A stretch of DNA of 64,000 bases from Octopus sinensis. Taxonomy: Eukaryota. The notes under the pieces were generated by a model that was given only the letters and a program-made list of their open reading frames with translations, was not told where the DNA came from and did no database searches. Made by a program: the position numbers and the translations under genes. Of this stretch, positions 13,346 to 25,040 are shown piece after piece. The DNA lies in the NCBI RefSeq assembly GCF_006345805.1, contig NC_043012.1:53196001-53260000 (forward strand), in the 5' to 3' direction. How positions within the stretch are numbered: position 1 is the first letter of the stretch; each line of letters opens with the position of its first letter.

Positions 13346-14320
13346 GTGGTATGGCAATTTGCACAAGGACTTCTCCCTCCTCCCACCATGATTGGCAGAA
13401 GACAGCAGGAAGAAAAGAAGGAAGAAGAAGTGAAGAATCAAGAAAAGAAGAAAGAAGGCGAGAGGAAGGAAGGAGTAAAGTCTTCCTCACTTCATGGGAA
13501 TTATAATAGCAAGCAAAACAACATTGAAACCAGCGGTGGTGAAGCGGCTAACAAAAGTAGAGTTGACAGCGAGAAAGAGACTTTTGCAAATATCACGGCA
13601 GGTAAGGAATGGGTTAGCATCCCATAGGAGAACAAAATGGAAAAACTAGACAAGGCAACAAAATTTACGAAAATAAATGGAAGGAGGGCAGAATTGACTC
13701 CACCAAGTGACGTGCTCGAAGCAACAGCCAAACGAAATGTCTGCAGGTGTGTAAACACAAAGACAGGAATCTTGAAAATGTTAAACGCGACCAGGTGAAA
13801 AAGCTTTGAAAGACATATGGCAAGATATCCACCACAATGCGAGAGCGAATCAGTACAGCGGAGTAGAGGTCCTTTTTGAGGCCGAGGAGCAGGTGATAAA
13901 GAACTCGGTGACCACGCGTACCACCGAGGAAATCGCCCTCTACCCAAGAAGAGTGGTACGAATCACAGTACCTGGAGTTCCACCAGTCTTGGATCTATGG
14001 TGGATTCTCTTTGTATTTGTAGGGACGGCGGGCAGAATCTCCTGGACGTTAAAAGATCGAGAAGGGAGAATTGGGTTGGGACTACCGTGGAGGTTCTTCT
14101 CCACGTGAAGCCAGAGCAGTTTGAGAAACTCCCAGACCTGATTTCCCTATCGAATGGAGTAGAACGTGGAGGGCAGAAGGTGAACGTGGAGGGCAGAAGG
14201 CCGAGGTGCCAAGGTTGTAGTTCAACGGCCTACTTATGGTTCCAGTGCCCACAGAACCAGAACAGAATGTCAGAAATAAATGCCCAAACAATAACAACAA
14301 CCATCCGTGCAGCAGTATAA
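13346..14320 (+). pseudogene. Decayed gag-like ORF1 of a non-LTR retrotransposon (possibly L1/Tx1-like)
   Basis: Across frames: TFANIT, YPRRVVRITVPGVPP, WVGTTVEVLLHV, LPDLISL, VNVEGRRPRCQGCSSTAYLWFQCP (a CX2CX4HX4C knuckle with H->Y). Stops, frameshifts and a 20-bp tandem duplication at 14162-14200. Confidence 0.7.
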
Positions 14321-14750
14321 TTTCGTTCCAGTGAGGAGGGCCAATGTAAAGCTGATGGCCCTCACAGCACGAAACGAGAACATTGAAACAGAGAGAGTGA
14401 TATGAAGCCCAAACACTTTTAGAGTACCAGAGAGCCTAATGATAGTGCGAATGACATTAGAGGCTTATACGAACATTAAGTGAAGCTACCCGTATGACAC
14501 TGGATTTCCCAGTGTAACGGCCAACAAAAGGCTGTTAAGAAGATTCCCAGAGGAACCCAACAAAACAGACAGGGTGGGAGAACCATTCGACCACAAACAG
14601 CTTCAGGAGGGTAAGTGACACTCCCTTTTTTCATTCCTTACTTCCAGTCCAGAATGGTAGTTGATGATGAGCCTACAGTGTACATGATAACACTTCCAAT
14701 CAGTTAAGATCAGAAGACATGAGACCCACTACACGGCACTGCATGAGGGC

Positions 14751-14810
<60 letters not shown>

Positions 14811-15024
14811 CATTATTATACAAGGCAGAATCGTTAGCATACCGGGCAAAGTGCCATGCGGCCTATTGTCCGATTTTACGTTCTGAGTTCAAATTCTGCC
14901 GAGGTCGACTTTGCCGTTCATCCTTCCGAAGTCGATAAAATAAGTACCAGTTGAACACTGGGGTCGGTGTAAACGACTCATCCCCACCCCGCAAATTGCT
15001 GCCCTTGTGGAAAAATTTGAAACC

Positions 15025-15194
<170 letters not shown>

Positions 15195-15472
15195 AAAGAC
15201 GGCAAACTCGCAGAATTGCTAAGCATCATTTCGTTCAGAGTTCAAGTGCCGCTGGGGTCAACATTAACTTCATCTTTCCGGGATCGATAAAATAAGTACC
15301 AGTCGAGCGCTAGGGTCGATATAATCGACTAGCTCACAACCCACTCCACACACACAACCACCACCATCATCAAATTTCAGGTCTTGTGTCTATAGAAAGA
15401 ATTATTAAGGCAGGGAAGTAGCAGAATCGTTAACGTGATGGACAAATTGCTTAACGGTATTTTATCCGTCTT

Positions 15473-16080
15473 AAGGCGGCGAGATGGCAAAAACGTTAGC
15501 ACGCCGGGCGAAATACTTAGCGTTATTTTCGTGTCTTTACGTTCTGAGTTCAAATTCCGCCGAGGTCGACTTTACCTTTCATCATTTCGGGGTCGATAAA
15601 TTAAGTACCAGTTTCGCACTGGGGTCGATGTAATCGACTTAATCCGTTTGTCTGTCCTTGTTTGTCCCCTCTGTGTTTAGCCCCTTGTGGGTAGTAAACA
15701 AATAGGTATTTCGTCTGCCGCTACGTTCTGAGTTCAAATTCCGCCGAGGTCGACTTTGCCTTTCCTCCTTTCGGAGTCGATAAATTAAGCACCAGTCACG
15801 CACTGGGATCGATGTAATCGACTTAATCCGTTTGTCTGTCCTTGTTTGTCCCCTCTGTGTTTAGCCCCTTGTGGGTAGTAAACAAATAGGTATTTCGTCT
15901 GCCGCTACGTTCTGAGTTCAAATTCCGCCGAGGTCGACTTTGCCTTTCCTCCTTTCGGAGTCGATAAATTAAGCACCAGTCACGCACTGGGATCGATGTA
16001 ATCGACTTAATCCGTTTGTCTGTCCTTGTTTGTCCCCTCTGTGTTTAGCCCCTTGTGGCTAGTAAAGAAATAGGTATTTT
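15473..16080 (+). mobile_element. SINE family B head-to-tail array: one headed copy plus two 184-bp headless repeats
   Basis: The junction aaataggtattt recurs at 15705, 15889 and 16073 (period 184). Older degenerate B copies flank it at about 14820-15020, 15195-15470 and 16080-16220. Confidence 0.9.
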
Positions 16081-16432
16081 ATGCATCTTTACTTTCGGTG
16101 TTCGAATGCCGCCGCGGATGACTTTGCATTTCATCTTTTTGCTGACTATAAAACAAGTGCCAGTTGGGTACTGGTGTCACTGTAATTGAATTTCGCCTCC
16201 CGCACACAACTGCTGGCTCTCCCCCACCAAATTAGAAAGAACTATTATTTTTCTTATTATTCCCTTGGCTTTCAGATTGCTTTACACAAGAATTCAACAA
16301 ATTTTAGTACGCAGCTTCTGCCCGCTATTCAGTTTTAACTGCCAATTTCCTAGTTCTCTCTCTCTCTCCTCCCCTCTCTCCCTCTTCTCTCTGTATCTCA
16401 TCCCCAAGTTTTCCCTTCCTCTCTTTCTCTTT

Positions 16433-16463
<31 letters not shown>

Positions 16464-17105
16464 ACTTCTCTCTATGAATGACTACTAAATCGTTCGCAGC
16501 GAAGAAGAACACTTATTTCAATGAACTGTACATGAAACATTAGATTATTATTAAAATCTAGACAACACCATAAAGACTAAACAATTGAAATATCCAAGTA
16601 AACTTCGAGACAAAACGATCAAAGACCACAAGATTCGCTCATAAGAATTCAATGTCAGTATTCTGTTAACGGAATTGTATATTATTAGAGGACTTCTTAT
16701 TAAGACTGTCACTGATCCTTAGTGTAAAGACTTGATGCATCATTTAGTTGAAGAAGTGAAGACGATGAGAAGGTGTAGATTGTTCAAACATTAAGTTCTG
16801 TATTACCATAACAATACATTGGTTCACAAGTCCTTTGTTTTCCATTGAGATGTCGACAAACTGACTTTCAACCTTTCAGTATTCAGTATTCAGATATTAT
16901 AACACGCGTAGCAAGCTCTCTTCCTTTCTCGTTTTCTCTCTTTCATATACATATCTATGTATGTTTGTGTGAGAGAGTTTCTCTCTCTGTCTCTGACTCT
17001 GTCTCTCTCTTTCTCAATATATAAGTATATAGTCTTATACGATATATATAGATATTATATGTCTATTACATGATATATATTATATGTCTATTACATGATA
17101 TAGAG

Positions 17106-17139
<34 letters not shown>

Positions 17140-17305
17140 GTAGGTAGATAAATAGAGAGAAAAAGAGTAAGAGAGAAAGAGAGTGAAAGAAAGACAAGGA
17201 TATATTTATACATATATTAATCTAGAAGACAATAAGGCCTCCCGTGGGAAAGAATTAGTGTTTGCAAATGTCTTATATCATTCATATTTAAATCCTCAGA
17301 GTTGA

Positions 17306-17347
<42 letters not shown>

Positions 17348-17514
17348 TTATACGCGTGTCTGTGTGCGTATATCTGCGCGCGCATATGTATCTGTGTGTG
17401 TGTATGTGTTGTGTGTGCGTGTGTGGTGCGTGTGTGTGCGCATGTACATCCATACGTATATTTATATAGATTCATATGTGCTCGTTTTATGCTTACAGAC
17501 AAACGTTCACACAC

Positions 17515-17854
<340 letters not shown>

Positions 17855-18202
17855 TGTATACGCACACACAGGTGCGCGCACGCAAACATATACTCTAAAG
17901 AATCCAGCTTGCACAAATACTTATTCGGTTATTCATGCTAAAACACTTGGCTACACACAAATGAAATCAGAATCCTGACACAAACACAATAACACAAAAA
18001 GAAATACTCGCACAGGCGCAAACGTTTCTAAGATTATTTTCATATACAGATACGCTTATATGTCTATTTGTATGTAAGGTCTTCTGATTTGTTTTCCAAA
18101 CATATTTTCTGATCTAAATTTTAACCTTTCACCAATAGAGAAAAGAGTCGGTTTCTAATCCAGAATAAAGTTCTTTTATTCGAATTTATATATATATATA
18201 TA

Positions 18203-18287
18203 TAGCTCAGTCAGTAGAGCATCAGACTTTTATAGGTCAACTTGACAAGTAATCTGAGGGTCGTGGGTTCGAGTCCCTCTGTGGGCA
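18203..18287 (+). pseudogene. tRNA-Lys(UUU) pseudogene with 19-nt intron (18233-18251)
   Basis: TAGCTCAGTCAGTAGAGCA TCAGA CT TTT A [taggtcaacttgacaagta] A TCTGA GGGTC GTGGG TTCGAGT CCCTC TGTGGGC A. The 5' acceptor strand is replaced by (TA)n, D-loop GG is AG, and the T stem has one mismatch. TTTT at 18295-18298. Confidence 0.85.
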
Positions 18288-18300
18288 TAGACCATTTTAT

Positions 18301-18464
18301 AGTCGCAGGAGTGGCTGTGTGGTAGGTAGCTTGCTTACCAACCACATGGTTCCGGGTTCAGTCCCACTGCATGGCACCTTGGGCAAGTGTCTTCTACTAT
18401 AGCCTCGGGCCGACCAAAGCCCTGTGAGTGGATTTGGTAGACGGAAACTGGAAGAAGTCCATTG

Positions 18465-18470
<6 letters not shown>
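18301..18470 (+). mobile_element. SINE family A, 5' half ending in (TA)n
   Basis: gcaggagtggctgtgtggtaggtagcttgcttaccaaccacatggttccgggttcagtccc...ggaaactggaagaag. Confidence 0.85.
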
Positions 18471-18519
<49 letters not shown>

Positions 18520-18521
<2 letters not shown>

Positions 18522-18860
18522 GAAAGGCAAAGTCGACCTCGGTGAAATTCGAACTCAGAACGTAAAGACGGACGAAATGCCGCTAAGTATTTTTCCTGAC
18601 GCACTAACGATTCTGCCAGCTTGTCGCCTTAATGATAGCTAATATCATCGGTTACTTAAAGGCGGCCAGCTGGCAGAATCGTTATCACACCGAGCAAAAT
18701 ACTTAGCGGCATTCCGTCCGTTTTTAGGTTCTGAGTTCAAATTCCGCCGTGATCGACTTTGCATCTCACCTTCTCAAAGTCGATAAAATAAGTACCAGTT
18801 GAGCACTGGGTTTCACCCCAACTCCGAACTTGCTGGCCGTTTGCCAAAGTTTGAAATCTA
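18520..18860. mobile_element. Two SINE family B copies head-to-head (minus 18520-18632, plus 18657-18860)
   Basis: ttctgccagcttgtcgcctt ... aaggcggccagctggcagaa. Confidence 0.75.
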
Positions 18861-19269
18861 TGTTATCGGTTGCTAAGTCCAAGACAGATTTCGCTCATTG
18901 TTTATGTTAGTGTCACAAGTTTTCTAGCAGGATAGCTATATATTGTTCTGTTGTCGTACAGCTACGCTTCATTCCTGCTTTGTGGGTCTCTGGTGACAAA
19001 TTAGAGAATATTTTTTGAGGTACTCTTTTCCAACTCCCATTACGTGAGTTGTTTCCACAATGCAAACATGAATCCACACTACAATTGGTAATCGTTATAT
19101 GCAGTGGAACGGATATGATGCAATACTTGTTTACTTACGCATGCATGTATTTTCGTGTGTATGTATATCTCTTCTATTTTTTAAATTCTTAAAATAATCT
19201 TCTACTGAGGCGGAAGCCGGTTTCCAAGATACAAGGATCCAGCTTTGCGATGTAAGTAATACAGACAAA

Positions 19270-19956
19270 TACACATTTGGAAATTGAGAAAAGTCTTGAA
19301 TATTTTCACTGTTCCACTCACAGATTGCACTTGTAATGTACGAATTAGCCGGTCGATTTCTCTTTCTTAAAATACCAGTTTAATCAGATTTTCCTTTAAG
19401 CATTTACTAACAAAACCTAGTGCTCCAATTATTTTTGGTATGAATATGAATTCATGGTCTGGACATAGAAGCTGGAGGTTTCGAAGCAGCTGTCCATAGA
19501 TATCCTCCTTTTCTTTGCTGTTTAAAAAGATATTTATAACTGCAGGGCAACTGACCTCTATGATGATACATACATTTGCCCTTTTGTCCCACACAACAAT
19601 ATCCGGCCTGTTATGTTTACATTTGAGAGAGGTTTTGATGGGAATATTCCACCAGTATTACTCGAGTTGGTGTTTATGAATGTATTCAATACTAGAGGGA
19701 TCTTCTAAGTTTCTTTCAGGACAATTTTTGCGGATGGCATTGTAAATTGTTTTAGCAACAACATCGTGCTGCATAGGGAGTTTACGACATTTTAGGACAG
19801 CTGCTAATCATATGCGTGATGTCTTACACAGAAAAATGACATAACCTACACACGCGGTTGCACCTTGGGATTACAAGAGCGTCACTGACTCTCTTGTTCA
19901 CCAGGTACTTTGTGCCAATCTCCTGTTCCTGGATTGCAAACGAATAACCTTCAAAG
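19270..19956 (-). pseudogene. 3' part of an R4/Dong-like non-LTR retrotransposon (CCHC plus restriction-like endonuclease)
   Basis: FEGYSFAIQEQEIGTKYL, CRLC...DITHMISSCPK, WNIPIKT..CKHNRPDIVVWDK..CIIIEVSCP..K...YGQL, FIPKIIGALG. Frameshifted, with 5' truncation against (TACA)n. Confidence 0.85.
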
Positions 19957-19983
19957 TGTATGTATGTATGTATGTATGTATGT

Positions 19984-20327
19984 TCCAATATTTCAAGATC
20001 ACTGATGCGGTGCTTCCACTTAATGCCATAGATCCGCCTGAGACACATCTGATGGAAACGTTCATACTAATCATATCTGTCGGTCATGTGGAAGAGTGTG
20101 TAATTCGGCAGGAGGACTTAAACGACATGCAAATGTACATGAAGCCCAGTTACAACTATAGCCGGCTTTTACCGGTTAAGGTTTTAGTTGCCAATTCTTT
20201 ACAAGCCATTGGAGATCTTTAGCTGGGCTCAAAAGTCACATTGGATCGCAGCATCAGTAACAGTTAAGCTTCGTGCAATGGCCATACTCGATAACGGGAG
20301 GGGGGGCAGCCATAACAATAATAATAA
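19984..20327 (+). mobile_element. Short RTE-clade LINE 3' end with inverted 5' piece
   Basis: Plus strand 20063-20260: HICRSCGRVCNSAGGLKRHANVH..FSCQFFTSHWRSLAGLKSHIGSQH* (two C2H2-type fingers), a short 3' UTR and a (taa)n tail. Minus strand 19984-20063: ERFHQMCLRRIYGIKWKHRISDLEILE (RTE post-RT motif). Confidence 0.75.
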
Positions 20328-20448
20328 TGTATGTATGTATGTATGTATGTATGTATGTATGTATGTACGTATGTTTGTATGTATGTGCATATATGTACAG
20401 TAAAGCTGTAATTATGTAAATATTTGCTTATAACTATGCTTGTGACAC

Positions 20449-20770
20449 TGAAGGCATGTGGCCTAGTGGTTAGGGTGTTCGGCTCACGAACTTAAGTTAG
20501 GGGTTTCAGTTCTTGGACCGGGCGGCACGTTGTAACATTGAGCAAGGCACTGTATTTCACGCTGTTCTAATTTACTCGGTAGTTAATGAACATTAACTGG
20601 GTGCTGGTGAAGCCCTCAATCCCAGAAGTGACATTCTCGAATTTCCTTTCGGATCGAGGTCTAGGAGTTCAGAGGTTTCCAATATCTGCTCACGATTAGA
20701 CAGACATCTAGAACATTTTGTGAGAGCATGGTGTTTGTTATTCAACCACACTAGACTACGAGTGACAGCT
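20449..20770 (+). mobile_element. Degenerate tRNA-derived SINE, group C
   Basis: tgaaggcatgtggcctagtggttagggtgtt head, followed by the ttgagcaaggcactgtatttcacgctg CORE-like body. The tail differs from the other group C copies. Confidence 0.6.
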
Positions 20771-20989
20771 GCTTATACAGTGTTATGTGTGTGATAATAT
20801 GTGTGTGTAAGATAAATTTGTTTAGCAAATTTCCGAACCAATACAAAATAATATCATAAAAGAAATTGTCGCGTTCGGTGGGATTAAAAAATTTGTCATA
20901 TTTTAATTTTGAAATCGACAGAAGCAAAATTCCCTGTAGACTGTGATTTGTTATTCATCTACATTTGATGTAAATATATAAATGAATAA

Positions 20990-21035
<46 letters not shown>

Positions 21036-21099
21036 TATATATATATATATATGTATATATATGTATATATATATCTGTGTGTGTGTGTGTGTGTGTATG

Positions 21100-21144
<45 letters not shown>

Positions 21145-21500
21145 TCAAATATATAATATATTTACATAGTATGTTTATATATTGTTTCTACGTCAAATTA
21201 CCGATGTATTTATATTAAGCACTATTTTTATGTATTAGGTATTTATATATTTACATCAGTCATGCATTTATTTATGTATGTCAAATATATATGCGTAATT
21301 TAAATATTTAAATTAAATATATTTATCATATTTTTATGTATATTTTTTTGGCAACAAATATATTTGTATTTTATTCATATATTTACAACTAATATATTTA
21401 TGTTTCATTTAATTATATATCAATCTCAAATATATTTATATCATTATTTATTTACGTATTCACATCATATATATATATATTGTCTGCGTATATGTTTGCA

Positions 21501-21561
<61 letters not shown>

Positions 21562-21579
21562 TGTTATTCAACCATACTT

Positions 21580-21636
<57 letters not shown>

Positions 21637-22132
21637 GATAGATAGATAGATAGACATATATATATTGATACACGTATATAAAACATACATTGATACATTT
21701 ACATAAAATATATAAGTATATTATTTATTTAATATATTTACCTCAAATATATATTATTATTTATTTACATCAAATATTCAGTAATAAACACTGAAATAGT
21801 AATACCCCTTCTTACACCAGATTCTCATAAAAAAATAATTTTAACGTTGTTTAAGCATGTTTAAACACTGAGAAATGAAAATTTGCTTCTCTTATTCTTG
21901 TTGTGAAGTAGATGATGCAGTTTGCAATGGTGATATGCTAATTAGATTAACAGATTGGTTTGAGCATCAGACAAAATGCCTGAGGATCTTTAGTTACTAT
22001 CCTTTACGACCAGGATTCAAATCCTACCGAGATCGGTATAATATTTAATACTTCTAGAGTGGACGAAATAAAGTATCAATCAAATAGTAGTGCACAGTTT
22101 TTTTCCTCCACTTTTCAAATTTCTGAATTCAT

Positions 22133-22232
22133 GCCTCTCTTTCTCTCTTTACTTGTTTCAGTCATTTGACTGCGGCCATGCTGCAGCACCGCCTTTAGTC
22201 GAGCAAATCGACCCCAGGACTTATTCTTTGTA
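22133..22232 (-). mobile_element. SINE family A, tail fragment
   Basis: cttttacttgtttcagtcatttgactgcggccatgctgcagcaccgcctttagtcgagcaaatcgacccc. Confidence 0.8.
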
Positions 22233-22529
22233 AAAATATTTGAAATCGTAATATCTAATGTGTTCCGTTTAATTTTCTATTTTTAAGACAGAGTAGTGTG
22301 ATCTTGGAAAAGAAATCGATCCACCATTTAGAGCCTCTCTCAATGATTCGAGTTTGGTGCTGTTGACAAGGATAGGGGTTAGGCTGGAGTGAGTTGATAA
22401 GAAGCGTGGACTTAGTAAATGGTGTTAATAGAGATATTTGTGACAGATTCTAATTTGAGTGTCTTTGCTATAAATTAGGAGAGTTAATTTAGCATAGGAT
22501 TAAGCATAACCATTATTTTGCACATAAGT

Positions 22530-23560
22530 GTAAGGACAAATATTTTGAAGGAGTTCAGGCGATTACATGACCCAAGGGCTTGACAGGTGTTTTATTTTAT
22601 CAGCCTTAGGAAAATATGAAAGGAAAGTTGACCTTGGCGGGATTTGAACATTTGACGAAAAGGATCGAAACAAATACCTGTAAGTAATGTTTTCTGTTAT
22701 TCTAAAGATTTGGCCAATCCCTGACTTTTATGATTGAGTGTAATAATCCTTTCTAAGACCTGAAATTGGAGGTGGGGATTAAATCGACCCCAGTTCTCAA
22801 CTGATACTTGCTTTATCCACTCCAATAGGATGAAAGGCAAAGTTGACCTCGGCCGATCAGAACTCAGGACGTAAAAACGGACGAAATGCTGCTAAACAGT
22901 TTATCCGGTGTGCTAACGATTCCACCAGTTCACCGCCTTATGGTTAAGAGTGACAATTTATAGGCACAAGGCCTGGAATTTCGAAGGAGGGACTAGTCGA
23001 TTACACTGACTCCTCTCCATCACCAGTGTTTAACTGGTACTAAGTTTATCGGCCTCGAAAGGATGAAAGGCACAGTCGACTTCGGTGGAATTCTAACTCA
23101 GAAGGTAAAACTTGATGGAACACTGCTAAGCATTTTGTCACAACGATTCTGCCAGATCACCGCTTTATGATTAAGTGTAATAATAATCATTTGTTTAGGT
23201 ACAAAGCCAGCATCTCCGAGAGGAGGCATTAGCTGATATCACGAAAGCTAGTATTTAGATCGATACTATATTTCATTATCGACTTCTGAGGAATAATAGA
23301 CGCATTTGAATACGGTGGGATTGATTTTCAGAAATAGTCGGAATGGTTTCCGATTTAGGCACAAGGACAGAAATTCTAAGAGATGGGGTTTAGTATATAC
23401 ACTCAAATTGATACTCTATTTTATTGATTCTGAAGAGGTGAAGGGCTAAGTTGACCTTACGAGGATTTGAAATCAGTATGTAAAGAATTGGAACTAATAG
23501 CAAAGCATTTTTATACGACGTTCTAATTCTTCTGCCAAGCTCGCCGCATTGATTAAATGT
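22530..23560 (-). mobile_element. Cluster of old, degenerate SINE family B copies
   Basis: Repeated ggatgaaaggcaaagttgacctcgg / gaactcag / aacgattctgccag blocks at about 22615, 22830, 23060 and 23440. Confidence 0.65.
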
Positions 23561-24829
23561 AACGCCTTGAAATTGTGTAATAATGTAAACTGTGTTTTGC
23601 ATTATCATTTATTTAACAACGTGTTCGTCTGTTCTATGGAGAATAAACTTTTTTAAAAAATCATTTATACATCCACGTCCACAAATATGACACCGAAAGA
23701 AACTATACTTGATCATATGTCTGAAATGAGCGCTTGGATATATAAATTTAATATTTCTTCACACATCTACAGACATACATATGTGTATGTGCGTGTGTGT
23801 ACGAAAAACCGATAATATATTTCCAAGATTTAACAAACTTTACTGTGATAGACTTGTATGTTATTATGTGGAGATAATTATCTCTGTAATTGAATGAATA
23901 ATAAATAATGTCAATATAATTTCTTAGACAATTTTTAAAATATTGGTCGGCAGAGAGTGTATCTGTTGAAAACAAATTCAGATATTTTTATGTACATCTT
24001 AACTAGATGAATAATTACATGGTTCGCTTCAAAGCTCACTCAACCACGTTGAAACTCGACAACATCGAAATTGTGATACTTTGCTTGTAAGGGTGTCCTG
24101 TTCTAATCTTCGGCTTTTGTGCACAAAATCTTTCGTAAACAAGACTATTTTTTAAATTGTTCTATAGAATTTCTTTTTCTCCTGCTTCCCCAGAATATAG
24201 CTAAATATATCTTATTTCTCTAAAAGCTGAAACCAAATTCTCGTCGTCTCATGATAAATGCTAGAGTAAACATATCATATATAACTATTTGTATGAATGT
24301 CTGATTAAAATATAAGTTTAAAACTCTTAAATTAAAATTATGTTATAATATGAGATTTGTTTCTCTATAAATCCGACACAGACTGTCCCACGATCAAGAT
24401 GATTTTAAAGTAAATTCTTAGAGAAACAAATTTTTAAAAAAGTGAATTTATTCAATTTATGAATATACAAAAGAATCGAAGACGTTTTTGCATTAAAGTG
24501 AAGGTTTGACAGTGCAGCTTTATTTGTCAAAAAGTGTTCTGTCCGTGTCCACACTGAATTTAGCCTGTCCGCTCATCATTCTCTGCTATGTTAGACTCGC
24601 ATGGCTTTGGAGGCTTCAGACAGTTTGTGTAAGGATTATATATAATTTTTTAGACAGACAATGAGCTTGTAGTTTTATGCCAGCTCATTGTCTTCATTCT
24701 CGGCTATAAGAATCCGATTGATATGACCAGCGAATTAGGTTTTTAATTTAACCTTCCGTAGTTATTATAGATATAGAGATTAGCGAATTTCTGTACAATT
24801 TCAGCGTTTTTATACCAGTATTCAATATT

Positions 24830-25040
24830 TGGTTTCAAATTTTGGCACAAAGTCAGAAAATATGGGGGAGAAGGTAAGTCGTTTACATCTACCCCCGTGT
24901 TCAACTGGTACTTATTTTATCGACCCCGAATGGATGAAAGTCGAAGTCGACCTCGGCAGAATTTGGACTCAGAACGTAAAGACGGACGAAATGCGGCAAA
25001 ACATTTTGCCCGGCGTTCTAAAGATTCTACCAGTTCGCTG
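24830..25040 (-). mobile_element. SINE family B, diverged
   Basis: actggtacttattttatcgaccccgaatggatgaaag..gtcgacctcggcagaatttggactcagaacg. Confidence 0.75.

Noticed and set aside
15473-16080. CRISPR-like array
   Set aside because: The whole 184-bp unit repeats with no unique spacers, and the context is a eukaryotic SINE.
20063-20260. C2H2 zinc fingers as a host ZNF exon
   Set aside because: In-frame stops, no TGEKP linker, and an RTE-type 3' end and tail indicate a retrotransposon origin.
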